A stretch of DNA of 64,000 nt, taken from positions 248,001 to 312,000 of the forward strand of contig JAUFOQ010000006.1 in assembly GCA_040285855.1 (NCBI GenBank). Reading direction: 5' to 3'. The first letter of the stretch is position 1. Every line of letters begins with the position of its first letter. Source of the DNA: Eukaryota sp. GEM-RC1. Its lineage: Eukaryota. Position numbers and translations under genes: made by a program. The notes beneath the pieces were generated by a model. It ran no database searches and was not told the origin of the DNA. It was given only the letters and a program-made list of their open reading frames with translations. Positions 25,123-38,524 of this stretch are shown here, one piece after another.

Positions 25123-27195
25123 CTACCTCAATGAACTCAAAATGGTACTGTACATTGTATCTGAGATTGTGCTCGTAAAGTCTACCGTTTCAGTATCCAT
25201 GTTATCGAACCTAAGTAAATAGGAACTTTCCTTTGCAATTGGAACATACACAGAATGTGACCCAGGAACAGGAACATTAATTTCAATAATACCATAACCT
25301 ACGTCTTCTGTATAAGTAAACGTTCCATTGAGGAAGGTTTCAGTGATTACACAACACTTAGCCAAGGAAGCACCTTTAGATGGCCCTTCGTGACCCTCAG
25401 TAGTAGCATCATTAATTCCACCAGAGAAGTCTTGGCAAACAATACGCAGACGTTTTCCATCGTCGTTTGTATCATTCCAGATTGCTGCTCTAATAACAGA
25501 TCCAGGAGGAGAGAACCTCAACGACATGGTTAGAATCTCAGCTAGAACGTCCATTGCCACAGAAGGCATAATCACCATGTGGCTAATTCTTGATTCTTCA
25601 AGTAGATCATCAGATGATGACGAAGAAGAAGACCAAGGGTTAGTTAATAATCCAACATCAAGAACGATTGTGTGGAATGGAATGTTTGGACGTTCTTCAA
25701 GGACGATGTTGTTGTTACAAACGAAGCGAATACACTTGCTACACATTGGATTGGACCTAATGGTATTGAAGGACTTTTGGAAAAACTGACGGAACTTACT
25801 AGCATCAACAGAAGACCATGTGCCTGCACATTTCCCTTCACAACTACCAGTTGTACAAGACATTAACTTGCTGGAAAACTCATCGAGATAATGTCGAATT
25901 ACAGGCAAAACATTATCCAACACATACTTTAAGTGTTTTGCTCCTAATTGGCATACATTTGGAGATTCTTCAACCCCATACCTAGCATCTCTTTCTACTA
26001 CCTCCACCCACCTCCTGAATAGATCCATAAGATCATCCATATTGGGAGAAACGTTCAGCCCACGTGCATGCTTCAATAGAGCAGTGACTTTGATATCAAG
26101 ATCTCTGCGTGCTTGAGTGTTGACGTCATCTGGAGACATGGACATGATCATGTTGCAGAGGTTGAATAGCTGAACAGTGGAATCCAACAGCAATAGGGTT
26201 TTTTGAGCTTCGGAAAGTTCCGGAAGGTTCCAAGTTTTGATCTTTTGTGGGTTTGTGTGAAAAGCCATTTGAGTAATATTACTGACAGCATTGTCTAATT
26301 CCTCTTGAGTAAAGTCTCCAATTGACTCAAATGAATCCGGAATGTACGTGGGACAATCTCCTTCACTGAACCAACAATGTTTAAGTGCTTGAGGAGAAGA
26401 AATTCGTGTTAGAGGGTTTGGATCAAGGAGTTTCAAGAGGAAATCCTTGAGAAATGGGTCTACGGGCGGAAAATCGATGGAGAAGTTACCGGCAGCGTAG
26501 GCCAACACGATAGAGAAGAGTTCCTGGCGATTTGTAACGTTTCCCCAAGGAGATACTCCAAAGGCAAGGATGTAGAAGGTAACACCAGCAGCCCACATAT
26601 CCACAGCAGAGTTATTCATGTCCTCCGACAACACTTCAGGTGAGAGAAGTTCTGGTGCCAAAAATAGAGGAGTTCCTTGCATCGTAGACTCAACATCATC
26701 TAGAATGTATGAAGATATGCCGAAATCACTGAGTACAACACGTTTACCAGCATTTCCAGTACCACCTGTACGAGCAACTAAGATATTAGAAGGCTTGACA
26801 TCCTTATGAACAACACCTTGAGAATGGATATAGGACAATGCAGTACAAATTTGAAGGAAGATGTCTCTGAGAGAGTTAAGTCCAAAACTATTATGTGAGG
26901 TTCCAATGTCAGACTCTCTCAACAACTCCCAATCACAGAACTCAAGAACTATGAAAAGTTGATTGTTTGAATCTTCAATGACATCATACAAACGACGAAT
27001 GTTAGGATGAGATAGACGTTTCAGAAGAGCAACTTCTTGACGGAATTCCGTGGAAGAGACCTGTTTTCGGTTGTTCATGACTTTGACGGCACACTCTTGT
27101 TTGGTATCATTGTGATATCCATAGTAAACCGATCCGTGGGCTCCGGCTCCTAAAAGCCGCACTAGAGTATAATTGGGGATTGAAGGTATTGGCAT
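25123..27195 (-). CDS. Ser/Thr protein kinase (CaMKK-like) with a C-terminal degenerate HATPase_c-like domain
   Basis: GAGAHG, AVK, HKDVKPSN, DFG, APE and DMWAAG motifs; C-terminal 'EILTMSLRFS..CQDFSGG..GASL..GTF..IEINVP'. Confidence 0.88.
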   Translation of the reverse strand: MPIPSIPNYTLVRLLGAGAHGSVYYGYHNDTKQECAVKVMNNRKQVSSTEFRQEVALLKRLSHPNIRRLYDVIEDSNNQLFIVLEFCDWELLRESDIGTSHNSFGLNSLRDIFLQICTALSYIHSQGVVHKDVKPSNILVARTGGTGNAGKRVVLSDFGISSYILDDVESTMQGTPLFLAPELLSPEVLSEDMNNSAVDMWAAGVTFYILAFGVSPWGNVTNRQELFSIVLAYAAGNFSIDFPPVDPFLKDFLLKLLDPNPLTRISSPQALKHCWFSEGDCPTYIPDSFESIGDFTQEELDNAVSNITQMAFHTNPQKIKTWNLPELSEAQKTLLLLDSTVQLFNLCNMIMSMSPDDVNTQARRDLDIKVTALLKHARGLNVSPNMDDLMDLFRRWVEVVERDARYGVEESPNVCQLGAKHLKYVLDNVLPVIRHYLDEFSSKLMSCTTGSCEGKCAGTWSSVDASKFRQFFQKSFNTIRSNPMCSKCIRFVCNNNIVLEERPNIPFHTIVLDVGLLTNPWSSSSSSSDDLLEESRISHMVIMPSVAMDVLAEILTMSLRFSPPGSVIRAAIWNDTNDDGKRLRIVCQDFSGGINDATTEGHEGPSKGASLAKCCVITETFLNGTFTYTEDVGYGIIEINVPVPGSHSVYVPIAKESSYLLRFDNMDTETVDFTSTISDTMYSTILSSLR

Positions 27196-27299
27196 GAGAG
27201 TTTGAATGAGAAAAAATTGATACCCATTACATTATGATGTCATGACAAACGTCACACCATTAAATCCATCAATGAGGTCACGGGAAGGACAGTATCTTA

Positions 27300-27585
27300 G
27301 ATACTGACTGATATAACAATGACATATGATGTTCTTCTATCAGAAATGCTAGACATACATACTGTATTATTTATCTCCAGCAGTAGAGCTTCCTCAACAA
27401 AAGGTTCAATTTTGTACGATTTACACATAACATAAAATTGATCTCTGACAACATCATGAATGCCAGTTCGAAATGCAATGAAACGGTTACAACTCAATAT
27501 ATGAGACAAAGTACTTAATGACCACATCTACACCCAAGACCATTAGGTACTGGTAGGTTGAAGTGTACAGTCACAAGTGTAACTG
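27300..27585 (-). mobile_element. Decayed non-LTR retrotransposon fragment (CCHC knuckle and start of RLE region)
   Basis: 'GCRCGH' then, in another frame, 'LSHILSCNRF..RTGIHDVVRD..MC..IEP', the CxC..HxxxC..RH(D/N)-like pattern of RLE-clade elements. Confidence 0.65.
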
Positions 27586-27816
27586 TTAAAATTGTAACAC
27601 TTTTTACAGTGTATTTTGATTTGTAAACTTAGAATGGAGAACGTTTGAAATAAATTGAAACTAGAATACAGAATTCAAAACTGAACTTGTGTTTGATAGT
27701 ACCTTCATTAATGAGTTCTTTGCCTGATTTGTTTGAAACACAAGCTGCATTAAAAATTGTCTCTACAAAATGATCACAAATAGCCAATAAATTTATACAA
27801 GAAAATGGTGTGATAG

Positions 27817-28136
27817 TTAGCAGAAATGGTACCACTTACAGGCTGTTCTAGGACAATCGGAAGGACATCCGCCTTGGATGAGAGCATTGCAACCAGCATT
27901 ACATGCTAAGATAAGAGACAAGAGTATAAGAACAAACCAGCCATGAACGGACCTGTAGGAGAACAAGCAATCGCACAACCACTAGCTTCAGCAACGTTGT
28001 AAATAACACGAAGGACACGGGCGCAGGTGTCACATTCGCCATTGGAAGCATCAGTATTTTTCTGTGGATAGGCAGGAGTCTGCCATTCAGCAAACACTGC
28101 AGCAACGAGAAGAGCAACAACTAATAGCTTGAACAT
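27817..28136 (-). CDS. Secreted 10-Cys saposin-like protein, paralogue 3 (95 aa; intron 27906-27937)
   Basis: Spliced C-terminus ..GPFMAACNAGCNALIQGGCPSDCPRTACKWYHFC*; 32-nt intron GTTTGTTCTTATACTCTTGTCTCTTATCTTAG. Confidence 0.87.
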
Positions 28137-28698
28137 GGTGGGAGGATGTAACTTTTCCTTCAATTTCTTTTAATCTGAAGGAAAACAATTTTTGAACAAT
28201 GAATTAATCAACACTGAAAGCAGCCTACTAATTTCTAGCAATTGTAGAGAGTCTGGGACAGTCCACAAATAGACAAGCTGATTTGAACTACAATGTAAGT
28301 AATTTTTTAATTGGAGTGTTAATTTAATAAAGGATACAATATAGATCGATATTTTGTCACTATTAAAATTATACTGGTCCTGAATGCAAAAGAACATGCA
28401 CGATGTACTTTGAAATTGTAGAAAACTTCTGAAAGATTTTATAGTGATGGAAGATGTTGAAATGGAATTTAATCTGCAGTTAACATAAAATCGGTCTTGT
28501 CGTAATCCATGTTCAATGCTTTGGGTCAAAACTGTTGATTCATCCACTAGTCAATAAGATATTGCCACATGAAATCGCCCAATCTTTGAACTCTAATGTG
28601 TGTTGAACTCACGTAAAAACACAGTACATGGGTGCCATTCTTATTGCAACATTGACAGAACATAAGAGAAGACGATGTCCCTAAAAAAATGAAGTCAA

Positions 28699-28763
28699 CG
28701 AGTTGTAGTAGGTATGATGCGAGTTGTAGTAGGTATGATGCGAGTTGTAGTAGGTATGATGCG
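28699..28763. repeat. Three perfect tandem copies of a 21-bp unit
   Basis: CGAGTTGTAGTAGGTATGATG at 28699, 28720 and 28741. Confidence 0.95.
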
Positions 28764-28906
28764 TTTTAGTGATATAAAAGACCTTTATTTGTCAGATCAG
28801 AAGAAAAACAGAGGACTGCAATTCCATCAACTCATACTTGTTCCTCACGAGAAGAGGGATATCAAAACGACACCTCTAGTTTTCGTGACTGCACAAGCTG
28901 CTGCTC

Positions 28907-29707
28907 ATGACAAGATCGTCGTTAACTCGACCTCTGTATGAGAATTGCTCCATGCTATCACCAGAAGGAATCCTAATATGTAGATGTTCCTTCAAACGGT
29001 TTCGTTGGTATTTTCGACAGAACCTTGCTATAGTCATCTCCCCAACTGACATAGACCCTTCAGAACTCACTGCATCTCATTCTGTTCTCTTTCAACTGAC
29101 TTTTTACACCAAAGGGACTAGGACACTCTTCTCATTCTTTCTACACATCTCCGTTATCAAACTGCTGTGTTTCTTGTGGATTATCTCATAAACTTTCTCG
29201 TCATCATGTTGTTCCTCTTGAATTCCGACAGTTCTTTCCCACATCTTTTAAAAGCCGAAGATCACATGATGTATTGCTTCTTTGTGAAGTTTGTCATGAC
29301 CAAACAGAGTCTTGCTTTGACAAGCTGAAACGGGAGGTCTTCAACTTCTACAATGTTTCCTATCGTATTCAGTTATTTGTACCTATTGTAGAGAATAAAA
29401 GGGTAGTCAGTGCTGCTAATGCCCTTTTGTATCATGCTAATAAGATTCCAGAGAGTCGTCTTCAAGAACTTGAGACTTTGGTTAAACCTTATTGTGGGGA
29501 AATTTCCTCAGTTAATTTAAAATTTATAGTTGACACGTTACCTGTGATTGAACGGACAGACGAGATTCCAGCCGGGTTGCAAGTTGTTCAAAAATTGAGA
29601 ATTTTCAAAAATTTGAAACATTGTGGAGAATATTCTTTGTATTGGTTGTCAAACCGCAGTTTCTTCCAATTGGTTGGAAAATTGACGATGATCCGAATGA
29701 TAACTGA
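28907..29707 (+). CDS. Stand-alone EXD2 C-terminal (HNH-like, Zn-binding) domain protein (frameshifts near 29103 and 29592)
   Basis: 'PLYENCSMLSPEG..CRCS..WY', 'CVSCG..RHHVVPLEFR..FP..KSRRSHDVLLLCEVCH' and 'LWRIFF..PQFLPIGWKID' across three frames. Confidence 0.8.
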
Positions 29708-30718
29708 ATTTTCTTCTCAATCTCATTAGATTTTGTCTTTCTTGTGTCTTTTCAAGTTGTGTGTTTAGTGACTTTTGAACATTTTGAAAATGCTCAGTTC
29801 TCCTTAAAGTCTTTATCTCTCAATTAGCTTAATATGGGCGACTTTTAATTTGTCTTCAGTTACTGAGCACTTTTTAACCGTGACTTCAAGTGTGGGTCAT
29901 TTTTCTGAATCAAGACTTTTCTTAATCCATGTGTTTCATCTTTGTTGTTGTTTACTTTTAGGTTTTACTCATTATTTGTCAGTATTGTCAGCTAATGTTA
30001 GTTCAATGATGGCGGTAGTACCTCATAACTGCAACTTTATAGAGTGTTATATGATTCAGAATCTAAATCAAATGTCTTGAGTTTGAGCTCTACTTTAATC
30101 ACCACCTCCAAAGGGTTAATTTTATTGAATCTCATCACCCTGTAGTTCTTTTGTTCAGGTGTATGATTATGTTGGTTTTTAATTCGTCTAATGAACGTCA
30201 TTCTAGAGGGAATGGTGACAGTGCCCCTAATCGTCCCCAAAGCTTAACTAGCAGTGAGTTCCTTTTGTGGGATAAAGCTGTGGTAAAATTTGAAGTTATG
30301 AATGTTGTTTTAATAAAAATCAAATTGTAATTTTCCCATGAAACACAGAAATGACACACGAAAGAGAGATTGAAATTTTTGTAATTATCAACTTCAATCA
30401 AACTGTCTGATACCAACAGTCTTCAAACTGGATTGCTTTTTGTTGTATATGTATTGTTTCCGGCCATCATTTGCATCAACAGAAAACGCACCTTGAAACG
30501 AAGGAAAACACATACCTATTAATTGTTTTCGAGGAAAAGTGACTTGATTTCTACAATCAACAACTAGTTCAAAGGCCACAAGCGAGGCAGAAGTATGGAT
30601 ACAACAGATTATCATCACTCCTCAACAAATCAATAAGGTAACCATGAACAGCAGTATGCAAGACTGGTCATGTGAACATTCGACAAACAGATTTTTAATC
30701 AATAGCAATTAATAGAAG

Positions 30719-33700
30719 ATGATTGAACGAAACATAATATATTTCCAACCAATGTGTCTTGGGAATCTCAATGTGAGCTCTCTACCCTTTTCCTTAGTAT
30801 CAAATCGTCCTTGTCCTTGTATCAGCTTCCTGTATTCTTTTATCAGCGATGTCAAGTTTTCCCGACATCAATCTTACTTCTCCGTATTCTCCAAGGATTC
30901 ATACGCTAGAAGCTGCAAAGGATGCAGTTGTGCTTTATGGACATCTCTAGTCACTTCTCTCAACCCATCTTTTCTATCATCTCACTTTCCAATAATCTCT
31001 TGTATAGAGCATATTGATGAACTTCCGAGACTACCATCACTCGATCTTGTATCATTTTCCCTGAATCCTTCCTTTCAATCGTCTCTGCCATCACTGAATT
31101 CCCTTCATCTCCCTCACTGATCACTTTGAAACTGCTCTCTATGTACTCGAAACTTATATCCCCTGCTATACCATACCTATCTGACAAGCAGGCATCATTT
31201 CTTTCCATCATGATCCTCTCTCGCTTATCTCTCACTTCCCCTCTTTATTCCTTTCTCCTTTCACTTCTGTCAACCGTTGCATCTTGCAACTGTCCCCCTT
31301 TTCTAGCTCATGTTCTGTCTAGAAGTGTTACTGCTAATGTTACCGGTCTTTCTCCGTGTTTTCATCCTTCTTTGGCTCGAGATTCAGAGCTTATTACGTC
31401 ACTTCAAAATTTTAAATTTGATGATTGTGATTTAGTTTCTAATTTGATTCAATCAGTAGCGTCACACCGTGTCAAATCACGTCATAATGATTTTCTCAAA
31501 GATTCTTGTTGTTTGTCGTTGTTTTCGTCTTCTCAAATTTCCATTGAATTTCCTTTCTTTGGACCGATTTCGTTTCCTTCCTCAAAGGGGTGGACATATA
31601 CTGTTTTGATGAATTTTAAATATTTCGATAGTATTGAACAAAATTCAAATTTTATGCTGTCCATTTTAAATTTATCATCTAATAATGATAAGCTATTGTT
31701 GGATTTATCACTTTCTGTATCAGAATCCAATCCCAATCAAATCAAGCTCAACTTAACGTATGGTCAATCAATTTTGAGAAGGGCTCATAAACCCTCATCA
31801 CTCGCACAATCAACCTTCCCAAAAGATGGTTTTTCAGTAACTTTTTCTTCTGAATCTTTTCTAGACGCCTGGACGTGTCTCTCTTTTCCCACACCGCTAA
31901 CAACACTTTTCAAATATTCCACAATTCCAATATTCTTTCGTCCATCCCCCTTCCCTTATCCCAGTATCCACTCTTCATTTACTAGGACAACTGTTAGAGC
32001 TAAACTAGACTCAGATGTTTCTCACTTAGACTTGACAACCACTGTTGCATCTAATTGGGTTATCCAGCTTCATTCTGCCGCCTTTTTTTCAAATCCTCTT
32101 CCTCTTCACCTCCTCCATGTCCTCTGCACCTCTCATCCAATGGTAGCAGCCCATGGGCTGTCTACTACCAGTGATGTTGTGTCTGCAGCGCTACATCCAA
32201 GGTTAGTGAAGGATGGCCTAGTGCATTGTACGACAGAAGATAAGTTACGGCACTTTTTGAATGATCAGCAGTTTTTATTTGTCGGAGATGAAGCACCGCA
32301 GTTTTTGATTGATTTTTCTTCCAAGGGAAACAGTGTTAATTTCGTGATCCCTTCTTATGATCTGATGACATCACCGTTCACGTCAGCACCAAAACGAGTT
32401 CAGTATAGTTATGGTGATTCGCTTCCAAATGAGATCTTCTTACCACTCAAAAGTGATTTGATTTGTTGGATTCATGACTTGTCATTATTTGAAATCTTTG
32501 TTTCGTCGCTAAAGACTTATCCTAAGGACTCCTTGCAGCGATTGTCTGTCATCCAAACAATCTTTGCAATGGTAGACGTTTCGTTTCCCATACTTAATGA
32601 ATTTACATCCAGGCATTTGTATTTCTTCGTAATGTCATGTCTTCGTTGTCCTTCGCCAAATGAATCTGAAATTTTAACAATTTTAAAAAGTTGTCTTTTT
32701 TCTCCTCGTGTTTGTGATTGCTCGTCTCAGTGTTATTTGATTACTGACGAACGAGCTCTGTCCTCTATAATTGAATGGGAACTCTGGCGAAGTGCTTCCC
32801 CTGACTCAAAACACGTGTTTGAGAATCAGTCTCTAGAAGTCCTACTTGATTACCTGTCACGTTGCTGTGTAGTTCCTCTTCGTCAAGTTGATGGAATATT
32901 TAAAAAAAGAGTATTAAAATCTCCTTCTGAACGAACCCCAAAAAGTCCATTTGCTTTGGATTCACTTTCTCCCGCTCTTCTTACTCCAACTACTTCTCCC
33001 TCTTTAAGTGCTGTCTCTTCGCGAAGTTCGCTTCATGTTGGTGAGATCAATAGCCCAGACTCTTCTGAAGTAGACTTCTTGCCGAATACAACCCACTCGT
33101 GGGTTTATCCCTGTTCTTGTTGTTATGAAATTTCAAATTTTAATAAGACTAGACTTTTTAGTGTTGGAGTTTTAGATTTCCTGCTGAAACTTTGCTTTTC
33201 ATCCCGCCCAGTTTCGAATGGAGTCATCATCAACACAATCAAGCTTGCTGACGTTTTACCTTATTGTACTTGTCAATCATCCACGTCATCAATCACGTCA
33301 TGTGTTTTGTGTGATTACGTTTACAGTCAAGAATCGTATTCTGACCTACTTGGATCTCTTCGTGATTATGTCAAGGACAGCATTTCCAGCAAGTATAGTA
33401 GAGAAAAGAGCTCAACTGATGACGCAGATTCGCTGACTTCCATTGACCAACAATTCCATGGTCAATTTGCCGAGGTTATTACTTTATCACTTTACTTTAG
33501 AGCCGCCTTGTCCAATAGAAATAGTACACTTAATGATTATACCGCTATTTTCTCCAAAGGCAGGACTACACCTTCCCCTTTGTTTTCTCCTCAAGAAGCT
33601 ATAAGTCCAAGTGTTTTTGAAGGGAAAACTGTGGATACTAGTGAAGCTAATAATGATCAGGGAGATTCAGATGATGATGATGATGATGACGTGATTCTCA

Positions 33701-36700
33701 CTATCACTGATGTTGATGGAGATCTTGGTGACAGTCAATCACGACTGGGAAAGGCATTACTTGATTTGATTGTCAGACATTTATCAAAGTCTCCTCATTT
33801 GTTAAAGTTATTCGTGGTTCTTCATCCTATTGAAGTCATTATATCACTAATGCCCGATTCGAATCTGCTGTTTCCAGGTCTTTTGGAATTATTTAAAATT
33901 TGTGTTTCAACTGTGCGTAAAAGCAATATTGAGAGTGTTTACGACTATCTTTACGAGGTTTTGAGTGAATTCTCGTGTCTTCCCGAGTATCTTTTAAATG
34001 TCTTATCTCTTTTTATTAACAATTCTTCCGGCGAGTTCACTGTTGATGCACACTGTTTCTCTTCTGTTTGTGTAGTTTTGAACAATACTATTTCGAAACT
34101 TCAACCAAAATTTTCAAATTTCAGTTCAAATTTAATTCCTATAATCTCCACCATTCGACAACTCACTCATTCATGGTCCAGAGCTCTACAACACCACAAA
34201 ACTCTTTACTTTACCTTAATTGGAGCTGCCCATTCACTCACAAGTGTTCAAGTCAAACCTCCCAAAGCTATCAATGGGAATAATGAAATGGCAAAGTTCT
34301 TACAAGCAGGGTTCGTTGGACTTGGTTCAAAATCTGGGTTTTCTGACTTAATTAGGGGATTTAATGTTTTGTTTAGTTTTTGTGAAAGTGGTGAGACTGA
34401 CAGTCACTCAAATCACGTCATGGATGAACTGAAAGAGGCAGTTGATTCGTTCTTTGATATGTTGGTTGATTGTGTGATGACATGTGACTTTCCCGAAGTT
34501 GTGTTGTCTGTGACGAATGTTAATCTTGGCGATGTTGCCTCAATTTTAAAAATTCTTCAAATGATGGGAATTGTTGAATATCACCAATCCATTCATTTTT
34601 CACTATTTTTAAATACTTTAACATCAATCGATGGAGTTTGTCGAAACATTCGATTTGAATACTTATTGTTTAAAAAATGTCTGTCTATTTTCTCTGATGC
34701 CGTGTCGACCAACGTCTCCACCAGAATCACAACCCTAGCAATCAGAGACCTTCTTCTTTTGTTTTCTGAGATATACCCTCGAATTCTCAAGTGGAATCCT
34801 TCCTCTTTCTCTCCTTTAATGTCCTTTACCAAAAGAAAAGCAATGACACTGACTGAGCCTCATTCAGATTCTTGTATTTGTACGTTGTTTTCAGATATTA
34901 CTCTAATCATTTTGCAGACTTTCCAGATTTGTTTTGTCGTGCTTTCTGGTCAAGGTCACTCGCCAATCAAAAAGCATCAGAAATCTATTTCGATTGAGCG
35001 ATCACGTTCTTTTCAGTTTCCTCTAATTACTCGGCTATCACATCTACCAACAATCTCTTTGTTGAAGATATTACAGTTAACAACCTGGTTAAGGATATCT
35101 GTAAGAATTACGGTAATGTTCTTCTGGCTTTACTTTCATTTACTTCTTCTTCTGTCGAGTGTACGGCTTCGTTTCATCCTTTGTTGAAGGTATTTTTGAA
35201 TCCTTCAACTCCAGATAAGCAAGGTTTCTTGGAACAAATTCTACAAGCAAATATTTCAAATTTATTTGCTGTTCTGTACAAAGTGTCGTCGTTGCTTTTA
35301 CTGTCATTAGATAGCACTATCATGCACGATTTACACGTGATGTTTTACAATTTGATTCATTTTGTTATGGGCTCAAGTACCCTTAAAAAACAACTATCAC
35401 CTCAACAAAAATCTCAATTATCTAAATTTTCAAAATCTCTACGTATTGATCAGAAATCTCCCAGTACTCTCCCACCATCTCTTACTGAAGCTGGTAAAAG
35501 AGGAAGTCTGTCATGGGTAACTGAAGTTCAACTCTTTGTAGCAGAATTAGAATCTACAAAGTACCAGGCGTTGTGTTTACAGAATGATTCTTCAGTTGAC
35601 ATGAGCACTGGAAAAATTTAAATAACATAGTCAACGACTTTGCTCAACGAAGTTTTAAATTTTATGCTTCTTTTTATAACGATGCGTTACAGGACAAGAA
35701 TTTAAGACGAATTCGCTGTTCAACTATGGAGTTACTGATCAAACGACGATGTTTGCTCTTTTGGGATGCTATTAATAACTCTAATTTACCAAAGAATTGT
35801 ATCTCAAAGTCTTCTCCTAAAATTTCCTTCAAAGTTGATTCAACTGAATGCCACGGAGTCTTTCCTCGTTTGGAAATTGATATTGACCCAGTTACTTACC
35901 CGTCTCCATCACTCAAATCAACTGGCAAATCACGTGGGGTAAAGGTTACGAAGCCGGAAACTACCATGGAAGATGTGGGGCAACCTTGTCTTCCACTTAA
36001 TCGTACTGCAGAAGCTCATCAATGTTTAAAAATTTCAATATTTGGAAAAGTATTTGGTGAACTCCTACTCTGTCCTGATTCACTTCATTTCCGACCTACT
36101 AACACACACCAATCATCATCAATCACATCATCAATCACGTCAACCATTGATGGAGCTCAAATCCCTGAACTTTTAGATTGGTGGGGAGGACATACCAAAC
36201 AGGAAAATGGTGACGTGTTAACTGCCTGTGTTCAACCTGACGGTCATTCTTTCTACTGGAAATACTCTGAACTCTACGGTGTTTACCAGCGAACGTTTCT
36301 GTTAGACGACAAAGCCCTTGAAATCTTTGGTAAAAAAGGTTCCGCTGCTGTTTCTCACTTAGTAGCTTTTGAAACTACTGAAAGTCGTGACGCTGCTTAT
36401 ACTGCTATTAGTGACCACTTGGATGTAATTAAAGGAACAAAGAAGAATAATAAAGAAGGGGATAAGGAGAATGAAGAAGAAAGAGAGCAACGGGAGACTT
36501 TGCACGTGGAAACAACTACTAGGGATTGGTTGGAAGCCAAAATTTCAAATTTTGACTATTTACTGCGGCTCAATCAAGCTGCTGGTCGATCTTTCCATGA
36601 CGTCACTCAATATCCAGTGTTCCCAGTCATCATTAAAGACATGTTCGCCTCTGAGCTCGACCTCACGTCACCAACTTCCTTTAGAGATCTATCAAAGCCA

Positions 36701-38355
36701 ATGGGTTCTCAAGATGATCTCAGGGCTTCGAGATTCAAAGAGCGCTACAACGAACTAGTTGCAATGGGCGAAGTTCCTTACCATTACGGTTCTCACTTCT
36801 CCAACGCATCTACCGCTCTTTATTTCCTAATGAGGCTTGAACCCTTTGCTAGGCTTCATCGTCTTCTTCATGACGGGAAGTTTGATCTGCCAGATCGGCT
36901 TTTCCATGACTTGAAGACTACATGGTCTTCTTCTGCTACTGGGGCAATGCAGGATGTAAAGGAATTGTTACCTGAATTGTTTTATAATGACGAAGCGTTG
37001 TTAAATAGATTGGGACTTGAGTTTGGAACGCGGCAAAACCATCAAACAGTGCATCACGTGGACCTGCCTAATTGGGCAAAAACACCACGTCACTTTGTAT
37101 ATCTTCATCGAAGAGCTCTCGAATCCTCGTACGTCACGCAAAACCTTCCTCTTTGGGTAGATTTGATTTTCGGATTCAAACAACGAGGAAAGTTTGCTGT
37201 AGATGCCTTAAACGTTTTCCATCCATTAACTTACGGTAAATCTCGAATACGAAGCAGAAGAGCAATGAAACAGTCCTCTAAGTCGACTACCATTCACAGT
37301 CTGGATGATTGTGTTTCAGATGAAGCTAGACAGATCCAAATAATGAATTATGGACAAATGCCTGTTCAATTGTTTCCAAGACCTCATCCTCTTAGAAAAC
37401 GAATTCCACGTGAGCAGAAAGGAAATCTGTTGACTTCTTCGGAGAATTTGACTGTTGTGCAGAGAATTTCTACAATGGAGCCAATGCACACGTTGTATTG
37501 GAATAATAAGGTTGTTAATTATTTGCCAAAATATTCGTGGATATTTAAAATAAGTTCTGTTGAATATGTTGTTTCAGCAATATTTTGCTATTCGACTCTA
37601 GTTCTTAGTGTTGAGGAGTTGAACAAGCCCAAAAATTTAAATTTTGTATTCATTGCTGATTCTCGACTTCGACGTGGAAATTTTTGGAAAATTTCAGTAT
37701 TGTGTATGATTCTGGCCGTTTCTTTATATCAAATGGTCCCGTTATTTTCGTGTATCAGCTTACAAACTCTCTGTCAAAACTGAAATCTTCCAATAATATT
37801 TTAATTCCAGTTCTAGTTGGTCTTTTACGAATTTCAGTGTCTCCTATTAGTCAAATAATTTCGACACCTCATCATAATATTTTAATTTCTGTGGACCACC
37901 ACAACATTCTCAATTTTTGGGATACCTTCCGTCTAACTCTCATTCGCTCAATCATTCTACCAATCAAATCTGATGCACCTTCCATTGTTCATTCTTCCCC
38001 TAAAACTGGTGACGTTGCTGTGGTTAACTCTTCAACTCTTTTGTTCTACACCCTCAATGGCTCATTATGCTTCCACCGCGTTCTAGCCCACCCTGCTTCC
38101 AGTGTAATGGTCACGTCATGGGAAGTAGGGGTCTATCGAAACGTCATTGTAGTTGGTCACGTGAATGGTCACGTCTCCGTGTATGATACAGTTGAAGGTA
38201 ACTTGTTGTCTTGTAAACGTTGTTCACAGGGAAAGATCCATACGTTAGCTTTAATTCCCTATGATCACGTGTTTTCGTTACATCCGACGGATGATCAAAT
38301 AACTTTCTGTTTTGCTTCAGATTCTCTTGTGTATGAGTGTGTTTGTCGAAAGTGA
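30719..38355 (+). CDS. Large PH-BEACH-WD40 protein (at least 4 frameshifts; start uncertain)
   Basis: 'ISNFDYLLRLNQAAGRSFHDVTQYPVFP', 'YHYGSHFS', 'FDLPDRLF', 'DVKELLPE', 'WVDLIFG', 'YGQMPVQLF..PHP'; ORF junctions near 35010, 35615 and 37683 lie in homopolymers. Confidence 0.88.
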
Positions 38356-38524
38356 AGAGATGTGTTTGTAATTCCGGAGGGAAATTGTTTATAATCTAGT
38401 TTTTTGTACATAATTCCATATCTATTTTATTGTATTATTATCTCTTGTCAAATACAGTCCTTGAACTTTTAATTGTCTTTTAATTTGTATTTAATGTATC
38501 TTTGGTTGCTCGAACACTCACTCA

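Noticed and set aside
28170..28547. 125-aa minus-strand ORF, possibly a decayed reverse-transcriptase piece
   Set aside because: No intact RT motif; too degenerate to call.
28699..28763. Possible CRISPR-like array
   Set aside because: Head-to-tail 21-bp repeats with no spacers in a eukaryotic context; a minisatellite.
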